From the NCBI GenBank assembly GCA_963843145.1, contig CAWJJC010000021.1, forward strand, positions 32,001 through 96,000: a stretch of 64,000 bases of DNA, in the 5' to 3' direction. Both the position numbers and the translations under genes were made by a program. The stretch comes from an uncultured delta proteobacterium. GTDB taxonomy: Bacteria > Desulfobacterota > RBG-13-43-22. Under the pieces are notes generated by a model. The model did not search any database. It saw only the letters and a list, made by a program, of their open reading frames with translations, and was not told the DNA's origin. Shown here one piece after another: positions 56,859 through 64,000 of this stretch (position 1 is the stretch's first letter; each line of letters starts with the position of its first letter).

Positions 56859-58961
56859 TTAATCAAATGCGGAGGCGACGATCTGCTGAAGGTCCTTCGG
56901 AGTGGTGGCACCGAGGGCCTCCTGGGCCAGGGCTCGCGCCTGATCAATCGTCACCTGTCGGATAGCGTGACGTACCCGCGCCGCCAGAAATGGATTCAGA
57001 CTGAGGTCCGTCACGCCCAGGCCCACCAACAGGCAGGCGACCACGGGATCACTGGCCGCTTCTCCGCAGACGGTTACGGCCATCCCCCGGTTCACGGCAG
57101 CACGGACTATCCGCTCCGTGGCCCGCAGCACGGAGGGATGGAGAAATGAAAGCACCCCCGAAGGTCCCTGCGATCCACGGTTCATGGTCAAGATGGAGTG
57201 GGCCAGATCGTTGGTCCCGATGGAGACAAAATCCGCGATTTGCAGAATTCCCTGGATATCAAAGGCCGCGGCCGGAGTCTCGATCATGGCTCCGATAGGC
57301 GGTCGTTTGCTCAGTTGCTCGCTTTGCACTACTTCGTCCACCAAGCGGCAAGCCTCGCTCAAATCCGCCACGCCTATGACCATCGGGAACAAGATTTTCA
57401 CGTCACCCCTTGGTGCGGCTCGGAGGATCGCCAGGATCTGGGTGCGGAACATGGTTTTCTCGGCCAGGGAATAGGCCAGACCGCGCAGGCCGGCGCGCAA
57501 AGCCAGATCGGTGGCGATGCCGTCAAAGCGCGGCATCTTGTCCCCCCCGAGATCCATCGTGCGGATGACGACCGGCCGCGGAGCAAGCAGACCGGCTACC
57601 TCGGAATAGGCCGCTGTTTGCGTTTCCAGGTCCGGCGGTCGTTCCGCCTCCAGAAACAGGAATTCCGAGCGAAACAGGCCTACGCCATCCAGTCGATGCT
57701 CCAGGACTAGGCAAGCTTCATCCGGACGGCCGATATTCGCCTGTAACCCGATCGCGACACCATCCTTGGTGATACAGGGCTGGACCGGCTCCTGGGCGGT
57801 GGCCGCCCTGAACAGGGCGGATTGTGTCTGACGCGCCGCAAAGCGCGCCTTCTGGGCCGGGGTCGGGGCTACCGTAACGGTTCCCGCTTCGGCATCCACC
57901 AGCAGCCGGTCCCCGGAGGCCAGCAGCGACGTGGCGTCCTTGATGTCGCAGACTGCGGGAATATGTCTGAATCGGGTCAGGATCGCGACATGCGACGCGG
58001 GGCCCGTTCTCTCGGTGACGATGGCGGCCACAAGGGCCGGATCGATCTGGAGCGCATCGGACAAAAGGAGTTCTTCAGAGACCAAAATGGTTCCCGGCGA
58101 AAGGGCGGACAGGCGGTTCGAGGCCGAATTATTCGAGGTTCTGAGGTGGCGTAGAACTTGATGCCCCAAGTCGCGCACGTCAGCGCTGCGCTCCCGCATG
58201 AATTCCTGTTTCAACCCCTGGAGCCGCCGCTCCATCTCTCGGATCTCGGCCAGGACGGCCTGTTCGCTTCTGACCAGATCCTGAGACACGCGTCGTTTGC
58301 ATTTCTTCGTAAAGGAGGGGTCTTTGAGCATGGCCAGACGCATCTCCACCAGAGCGATCTCATCGTCTGCCTTTTGGCGTTCAAACTGCTTCCGAATGGT
58401 ATCCAACTCGTGGATTGACGCCGCCAAAGCGCAGTCAAAGCGGTCACCCTCCGACTTCACCTCATCCAGAGCAATGTTTGGCTCCCCGAGTGCGGATTCA
58501 GGCTCCGGCAGGTAGACCACGGCCACTCCGTCGGCTAAGCCAGGGGAAACCCCGCGGCCTTGCATGGTCGTGCCTACCAGTCGGGAAAAGGCGCGAAGAT
58601 GCTGCATCTCTTCGTCCTTCGTCGTCAGGTCCTTTTTAATCTGTCTGGTCTCAATGGCTTTTCGGCCTACTAAGTAGGCATATAATGACAAGGCGAGCAC
58701 TTCAATCGCGGCATTGATGCTCTCTAAGGGAAGTAATTCAGGTACCCGCCAATAGACTTCAAAATAGACCCTCAGCACCGGAAGCAAGACGGATAAGATA
58801 TAAGCCAGGGTCCTTGTGCCCATCCAGGCCGCCAGGCCAATCGGCAGAACATAGAGGAGAGGAAAGCGAATATCTCGGCCCGTGACCAAGTCAACGGACA
58901 AGGTAACCAGCGTGACCAGCAGGCAAACGGCTGTGGGGTTCCTCTCGGTGAGCTGTTTCAT
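56859..58961 (-). CDS. PEP-protein phosphotransferase (PTS enzyme I) fused to an N-terminal 4-TM domain (ORF open to 59015)
   Basis: ASHVAIL phospho-His, GVGLFRSEFLFL, VIRTMDLGGDK, MIETP, SIGTNDL, VCGE; hydrophobic N-terminal ~95 aa. Confidence 0.88.
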   Translation of the reverse strand: MKQLTERNPTAVCLLVTLVTLSVDLVTGRDIRFPLLYVLPIGLAAWMGTRTLAYILSVLLPVLRVYFEVYWRVPELLPLESINAAIEVLALSLYAYLVGRKAIETRQIKKDLTTKDEEMQHLRAFSRLVGTTMQGRGVSPGLADGVAVVYLPEPESALGEPNIALDEVKSEGDRFDCALAASIHELDTIRKQFERQKADDEIALVEMRLAMLKDPSFTKKCKRRVSQDLVRSEQAVLAEIREMERRLQGLKQEFMRERSADVRDLGHQVLRHLRTSNNSASNRLSALSPGTILVSEELLLSDALQIDPALVAAIVTERTGPASHVAILTRFRHIPAVCDIKDATSLLASGDRLLVDAEAGTVTVAPTPAQKARFAARQTQSALFRAATAQEPVQPCITKDGVAIGLQANIGRPDEACLVLEHRLDGVGLFRSEFLFLEAERPPDLETQTAAYSEVAGLLAPRPVVIRTMDLGGDKMPRFDGIATDLALRAGLRGLAYSLAEKTMFRTQILAILRAAPRGDVKILFPMVIGVADLSEACRLVDEVVQSEQLSKRPPIGAMIETPAAAFDIQGILQIADFVSIGTNDLAHSILTMNRGSQGPSGVLSFLHPSVLRATERIVRAAVNRGMAVTVCGEAASDPVVACLLVGLGVTDLSLNPFLAARVRHAIRQVTIDQARALAQEALGATTPKDLQQIVASAFD

Positions 58962-59290
58962 GGAACGCAGAGCAGTTGTCAGGTGAGCTTCCCTCCTCCT
59001 ACCATTAGACGCCAATCATAGTTAGGTTAATCCGCAGAGTAAAGAATAGTCTTCAATAAATCATTATTAAACTTAGGAGTACAGGACCATAAAAAGGTTA
59101 AATATCCGATTAAGAACCCTGGTTTCATCCGCCCTAAAAACATCCCTTTTTCAATTCCAGAATAGACTCATTATGCCAAGCGATGAAAGCAAATTTAACC
59201 TAATGAAATACTTCCTGGTCCAAGAGATCATGACTAGGTAAGATTTGAGGATGTTTTATTCGCCAAGTCAACCTGAAGAGGAGGACCCGT

Positions 59291-59800
59291 ATGAAAAAGA
59301 TCATTGTTTTGTTGATTATCTGTTCGATGCTTGTTTTATTTGTTCCCGCCAAACAAGTGGAGGCTCACGGCGGGTTAGGGTGGTTACTTCCCGGATTGAT
59401 TATCGGTGGGGCCATCGGCTTGAGCCTAACCCCTCGATACTACTACCCCCCGCGTTACTATTATCCGCCTCCGGCCTATTATTATCCCCCGCCCGCCTAT
59501 GACTACCCGCCTCCGGCCTATAGTTCACCTCCGCCCCCACCCGATACCTCTTCGAGGGAAAGTGATCAGGCGTCGAAGTCAGGGGGTCGGATCTTCATCT
59601 ACCCCCGCCAGGGTCAGACCCAGGAAAAACTGGAACTGGATCGCAACGATTGCCATAACTGGGTTTTGGGCCAAACAGGATACGACCCGACCAAGCCGCC
59701 GCCCAGCGATATGTCTCTTGCTCAGATAGAACAAGAAAGTGCGGATTACCAGCGGGCCTTGGGAGCCTGCCTGGATGCCCGGGGGTACACGGTGAGATAA
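59291..59800 (+). CDS. Exported Pro/Tyr-rich repeat protein with a two-Cys C-terminal domain
   Basis: Signal peptide, YYYPPP-like repeats, IYPRQGQ...DCHNW...ACLDARGYTV; RBS GAGGAGG. Confidence 0.8.
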   Translation: MKKIIVLLIICSMLVLFVPAKQVEAHGGLGWLLPGLIIGGAIGLSLTPRYYYPPRYYYPPPAYYYPPPAYDYPPPAYSSPPPPPDTSSRESDQASKSGGRIFIYPRQGQTQEKLELDRNDCHNWVLGQTGYDPTKPPPSDMSLAQIEQESADYQRALGACLDARGYTVR

Positions 59801-59878
59801 CGCGCCATGGTCGTTTAACTCACTGAATGTTCATAAAAAATACAAACCAATAGAATTTTCCAGAAAGGAGAAAATCTA

Positions 59879-60319
59879 ATGAAAACCAGGACTAAAATAG
59901 TATCGATGCTTGTTTTGATGGTTTTTTGCTTCAGCGCTTATGAGGCCTACGCCTTCGGAGGGCCCGGCAGGCGAGGATCTGAGATGAAGCACCTCAAATG
60001 GGTACTGGCCAAGGCCGGGGTTCCATTGACCGACGACCAGAAAACCCAGATCAAAGGGATTTTTCAGGGAAACCGGGACCAGATAAAGACGGAGCGGACC
60101 GCTTTATTCCAAGCCCGCCGGGCTCTTCAAGCAGCTATTTTATCTGGCAAACTCAATGATCAACAGATCAATGACCAGGTAGCCAAAATGATGCCCCAGA
60201 TCAGTGCCTTGGCGGTGAACCGGGCCGGCCTTTATAATCAAATCGTTTGGGATGTGTTGACGCAGGACCAACAGGCGGCGCTACAAGCCCGTGCCACTTC
60301 CGAACAGGTCCAGCAATAA
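59879..60319 (+). CDS. Spy/CpxP family periplasmic chaperone
   Basis: Signal peptide and two LTxxQ motifs (LTDDQ, LTQDQ). Confidence 0.8.
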   Translation: MKTRTKIVSMLVLMVFCFSAYEAYAFGGPGRRGSEMKHLKWVLAKAGVPLTDDQKTQIKGIFQGNRDQIKTERTALFQARRALQAAILSGKLNDQQINDQVAKMMPQISALAVNRAGLYNQIVWDVLTQDQQAALQARATSEQVQQ

Positions 60320-60346
60320 AAAACCTGGAAAGGATGGTTTAATTTG

Positions 60347-60393
60347 AAAAAAGGGATCGGGGGCCTTTACGTTTTCTCGGCCCCTGATCCCTT
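60347..60393. terminator. Hairpin terminator after the Spy/CpxP gene
   Basis: aagggatcgggggcc...ggcccctgatccctt stem with an A-tract on the left. Confidence 0.55.
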
Positions 60394-60697
60394 CCAAACG
60401 GTCTTTACCGTGGCTCAAAGTTTTCTAACCCCTGACCAAGCAGAACGGTTACCCGTCTTTGGTTTACGTTTAGACATTGAACCCAATTTTTACGTCGGCC
60501 CCGGAGTTCCATCCTGGAATAACCTGATCTTATTATCAACCAAAGGACGAAAGCTTTCTTAGAAATGGATGGTATCTTTAAGGCTGACCACTAGACCTCC
60601 AACAATGAAGGAAGGCGTATTTCAGGGCCAGCGAAATAGGAAAGGGGAATTTAAATTGACTTTCCAAGGCAGTTCGCCTAAATTAAATAGTTTGGGT

Positions 60698-60773
60698 GGG
60701 CCCATAGCTCAGTTGGAAGAGCCACCGGCTCATAACCGGAAGGTCCCTGGTTCGAGGCCAGGTGGGCCCACCA
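60698..60773 (+). tRNA. tRNA with CAT anticodon, most likely tRNA-Ile2 (lysidine)
   Basis: GGGCCCATAGCTCAG...CCGG-CTCATAA-CCGG...CCA; G1-C72 paired and no GGG/CCC anticodon stem, so not initiator. Confidence 0.9.
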
Positions 60774-60869
60774 TTAAATATTATAAACCCAGACGATTAA
60801 CATTTAAAATGATGCTCCATCAAAATAGCAAAAAGCGAATCCCCAAACCGCTCAGGGGATGGGAGGACG

Positions 60870-60905
60870 AAAAAAGGGTGCCGCGTTAATCGGGCGCCCT
60901 TTTTG
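60870..60905 (+). terminator. Intrinsic terminator downstream of the tRNA
   Basis: aaaagggtgcc...ggcgccctttttg. Confidence 0.6.
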
Positions 60906-60916
60906 TTTAATAGCGG

Positions 60917-62035
60917 ATGGTGGTCACCACTAAAGAGATTATCCAGTGGCTCGATTCCCGATATCCCCCCCACTGGGCCGAGGATTGGGACCAGGTCGGA
61001 CTTCAAGTGGGCGATCCCGGGCAAGCGGTTCGGCGCCTGGGAATCGCCCTGGAAGCCTCACCTCGAACGATTCAATGGGCGGCTTCTGAATCCATCCAAT
61101 TGCTCTTATGTCACCATCCTTTATTATTCCAGCCAGTTAGCCGACTTCGCTATGATCGGGAACCCGGTAAGACGGTGCGGAAGCTGATCCGGGGGGAGAT
61201 AGCCCTCTGGGTGGCCCACACCAACCTGGATGCGGCTCCGGAGGGAGTCAGCACAGCACTGGCTCGAAGGTTGGGGTTAACCCGTTTGAAGCCCCTGGAA
61301 GAAAAAACCAAGGACCTCTGCAAACTGGTGGTCTTTGTTCCGGCGGGTTATGAAGAACGTCTGCAGCAGGCCCTCAAGATTCCGGGTATCGGACAAATCG
61401 GGACCTATCGGTTTTGTACCTTCTCCGCCCGGGGGGAAGGGCGGTTCACCCCCGAACCGGGGTCCCATCCCTTTCAGGGGAAAGCCGGGCTTGAAAACCG
61501 GGCGCCGGAAACCCGATTGGAGGTCCAGGTTCCACGGGCGCAAGTCGAAACATTGCTTCAGCGTTTTCGAGCGTCCCATCCCTACGAGGAGATGGCCTAC
61601 GACCTCTACCCGCTTCAGAACAGTGCGCTCGGGGTGGGGATAGGGCGGCTGGGGATCTACGACCCCCCCTTATCCTGGGATCAATTCATCTCTTTTCTGC
61701 GCGAGGGCGCTGAAGCGCCGTTTATCCAAGTTGCCGGAAAAATTCCGCAAAAAATTGAGCGGGTCGCCGTCTGCGGTGGCGCCGGGCGTTCGTTGCTTCC
61801 GGCCGCTCTGGCCGCTCAAGTCCAGGTCTTCGTAACCGGGGAGATCGGACACCATCCTTCCGTGGAGTTTTCCGGAGAGGATCTGGCCCTGGTCAGCATT
61901 GGGCACTATGTGTCTGAAAAATGGATCCTTCCAGTTTTAGGACAGCAATTGATCGAGGCCGCGGAGGCGCAGGGTTGGGAGTTGGAGGTCCGGGTCCACC
62001 TTGAACCAGGCGATCCGACCTGTCGGTATTTTTAG
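60917..62035 (+). CDS. Nif3-like dinuclear metal center protein with PII-like insert (YqfO type)
   Basis: WDQVGLQVG, HHPLLF, HTNLD, KLVVFVP, HPYEE, GHYVSE. Confidence 0.92.
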   Translation: MVVTTKEIIQWLDSRYPPHWAEDWDQVGLQVGDPGQAVRRLGIALEASPRTIQWAASESIQLLLCHHPLLFQPVSRLRYDREPGKTVRKLIRGEIALWVAHTNLDAAPEGVSTALARRLGLTRLKPLEEKTKDLCKLVVFVPAGYEERLQQALKIPGIGQIGTYRFCTFSARGEGRFTPEPGSHPFQGKAGLENRAPETRLEVQVPRAQVETLLQRFRASHPYEEMAYDLYPLQNSALGVGIGRLGIYDPPLSWDQFISFLREGAEAPFIQVAGKIPQKIERVAVCGGAGRSLLPAALAAQVQVFVTGEIGHHPSVEFSGEDLALVSIGHYVSEKWILPVLGQQLIEAAEAQGWELEVRVHLEPGDPTCRYF

Positions 62036-62066
62036 ATGGAAAGCGAATTCAAATAGGGGGAAACGA

Positions 62067-62792
62067 ATGGAGGAACAAATTCGTCGGTTGGTTTACCTGC
62101 AACAGATCGATAACGATATCCAACAAGTGAAGGTCCAAGCGGAGGAGACTCCCCGTCGTTTGGCCGGGATTGACTTGGAACTCCAAGCGGCCCGGCAAAC
62201 CTATGAGACCTTTTTGAACAAGTTGGAGGAAGTAAAAAAACAGCGACGCGACCTGGAAAAGGAAGTTGAACAATACGACCAGAAAATTAAGAAAAGTCGA
62301 ACTAAACTGATGGAAGTAAAAAACAATAAAGAATATAAGGCGATGCTCACCGAGATAGACGACCTGGATAAAAGCAAGGCCAGCCAGGAAGACGCTCTTT
62401 TGGAACTGATGGAACAAATGGAGGCCTTGACCCTCCAGGTGCGGGAGCAAAAAAAAGTTTTGGATCTAAAAATCGTTGCCGGCAAAACCCAAAAAGAAGA
62501 ATGGGAAAAAGCCGGTGAGGGTTATGCCCGGGAATTAGCCCGCTTTGAGGAAGATCGCCAAAAAGCAGCCGCCCGGGTGGAAGATTCGCATCTTAAACAA
62601 TATGAATTTTTACGGGAGCGTTTGCGTGGTTTGGCCTTGGCCGAGGTTCGTAATGCCGCCTGTATGTCCTGTCATATGCATATCCCGCACCAATTATATA
62701 ACGAAATTCAACGGTGCGACCGGATTATCAATTGTCCCAATTGCCTGCGAATTTTATTTTACTCGGGGAAACCCGAGGCCGCCAAGGAATAA
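62067..62792 (+). CDS. Coiled-coil protein with C4-type zinc ribbon (DUF164/CT398-like)
   Basis: LQQID, long coiled coil, CMSCHM...CPNCLRIL. Confidence 0.9.
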   Translation: MEEQIRRLVYLQQIDNDIQQVKVQAEETPRRLAGIDLELQAARQTYETFLNKLEEVKKQRRDLEKEVEQYDQKIKKSRTKLMEVKNNKEYKAMLTEIDDLDKSKASQEDALLELMEQMEALTLQVREQKKVLDLKIVAGKTQKEEWEKAGEGYARELARFEEDRQKAAARVEDSHLKQYEFLRERLRGLALAEVRNAACMSCHMHIPHQLYNEIQRCDRIINCPNCLRILFYSGKPEAAKE

Positions 62793-62831
62793 ACCCTGTC
62801 TGATTTTAAGAAACAAGCTGTCGGGCAGTGG

Positions 62832-63242
62832 GTGGTTTTCTCCGATGGGGCGGCTAAGGGCAACCCTGGGCCTTCCGGGGCCGGATGGCTCATCCGTGAT
62901 CCCCAAGGGCAGATCCGGGAAAATGGAAAGTTTCTGGGGCCTGGGACCAACAACGAGGCGGAATATCAGGCCTTGACGGCGGCCCTGGAAGAGGCCTTGT
63001 CTCTGGGGGCGAAAGCGGTTAAAGTGCATCTGGATTCCGAACTGCTGGTCCGCCAGATTAACGGACAGTACCGGGTGAAAAGTGATCGCTTGCGAAAGTA
63101 TTACCACCAGGCGCAAGATCTTTTGAGCCGTTTTCACGATTATGCTATAATTCATATTCCCCGGGAGCAGAATCGGGAGGCGGACCGGTTGGCCAATGAG
63201 GCCATCAAGAATCATTATAAAAACCAAACCAAAAATATTTGA
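62832..63242 (+). CDS. rnhA: Ribonuclease HI (short type); true start may be slightly upstream
   Basis: DGAAKGNPG, TNNEAEY, DSEL, NREADRLAN. Confidence 0.9.
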   Translation: MVFSDGAAKGNPGPSGAGWLIRDPQGQIRENGKFLGPGTNNEAEYQALTAALEEALSLGAKAVKVHLDSELLVRQINGQYRVKSDRLRKYYHQAQDLLSRFHDYAIIHIPREQNREADRLANEAIKNHYKNQTKNI

Positions 63243-63294
63243 ATAATTGGTTTAACTAAATAATCAAGCAATAAATAATGATACCCTATAGCGT

Positions 63295-63660
63295 GGAAGT
63301 GGATCAGATGATCGCCCGCTTTCGGGCGGGAGGAAAGTCCGAGCTCCAAAGGGCAGGATGCTGGGTAACACCCAGTCCCGGTGACGGGAAGGAAAGTGCC
63401 ACAGAAAATATACCGCTCCGCCTCCGGCGGAGTAAGGGTGAAAAGGCGGGGTAAGAGCCCACCGGTATCCCGAGCGATCGGGATAGCCTGGTAAACCCCA
63501 TCCGGAGCAAGACCAAATAGGGGGGCGTTACGGGTAGCCCGCCCAAGGCCCCCGGGTTGGTTGCTTGAGGTCCGAAGCAATTCGGACTCTTAGAGGAATG
63601 ATCATCATCCCGGCCGGCGTGAGCCTCCGGGAAACAGGACTCGGCTTATGATCCACTTCC
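63295..63660 (+). ncRNA. rnpB: RNase P RNA (bacterial type A)
   Basis: GAGGAAAGTCCGAGCTC, AGTGCCACAGAAA, GGTAAACCCC, ACAGGACTCGGCTTA; P1 GGAAGTGGATCA / TGATCCACTTCC. Confidence 0.96.
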
Positions 63661-63732
63661 ACCTATTTTCTTTCACCTTTATCCGCGAGGGTCAGGCTAT
63701 GCCCGCCATCGAAAAAAAATAGAGATCAGGCC

Positions 63733-64000
63733 TTGAAGACCATCGCCTTGATTACCGCCGGCGGGAAAGGACAACGGATGCAATCCTCCACGGCAAAACA
63801 GTTTTTGCTCCTGGGGGGAAAGCCTATCCTGGCGCAGACCATTGCGGTTTTTGATGCCTGTCCGGTCGTGGATGAGATCTTTGTCATAGCTCCCCAAGAT
63901 GAAATGGCGAAGGTTCAAACGGATATCGTCGAAAAGTACCACTATAAAAAAGTGCTCAAGGTGGTTCAGGGGGGCCGGAGACGGCAACAGTCCGTCTGGA
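63733..64000 (+). CDS. ispD: 2-C-methyl-D-erythritol 4-phosphate cytidylyltransferase (runs off the right edge)
   Basis: Manual translation KTIALITAGGKGQRM...KQFLLLGGKPIL...GGRRRQQSV. Confidence 0.9.
   Translation, partial: MKTIALITAGGKGQRMQSSTAKQFLLLGGKPILAQTIAVFDACPVVDEIFVIAPQDEMAKVQTDIVEKYHYKKVLKVVQGGRRRQQSVW

Noticed and set aside
38534-60773. Prophage or ICE integrated at the tRNA
   Set aside because: No integrase, phage or conjugation genes and no att duplication seen; the block lies 5' of the tRNA.
60698-60773. Initiator tRNA-fMet
   Set aside because: Has a paired G1-C72 and lacks the three consecutive G-C pairs in the anticodon stem.

Overview
Core-genome segment of an anaerobic Deltaproteobacterium-like organism (Desulfobacterota-type gene order; lineage is inferred). 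Left part: an AT-richer two-component cluster, an ECF sigma/anti-sigma pair, lutABC, fabH, ahcY-metK and panCD with a pan-motif-like attenuator. Middle: a long yceD-rpmF-plsX-[acyl-CoA dehydrogenase-etfB-etfA]-fabG-acpP-fabF-rpiB-glyA-dCMP deaminase-nrdR-rib-nusB-leuS-lptE run, then rpsT, tRNA-Ala, hisB/hisA and rpsU-dnaG-rpoD. A ~22 kb accessory block (two RND systems, DegP, Spy/CpxP, a membrane-fused PTS enzyme I) separates rpoD from tRNA(CAT)-nif3-Zn ribbon-rnhA-rnpB-ispD. Most interesting: (1) a CarCDE/Bcd-Etf-like electron-bifurcating module inside the FAS-II operon, a candidate alternative enoyl-ACP reductase; (2) a PTS enzyme I with intact catalytic motifs fused to a 4-TM sensor-like domain; (3) a riboswitch-like leader plus terminator before a histidine kinase; (4) nested small palindromic repeat elements at operon junctions. 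Single-base frameshifts, one in essential dnaG, look like sequencing errors. No CRISPR, rRNA, integrase or transposase was seen.
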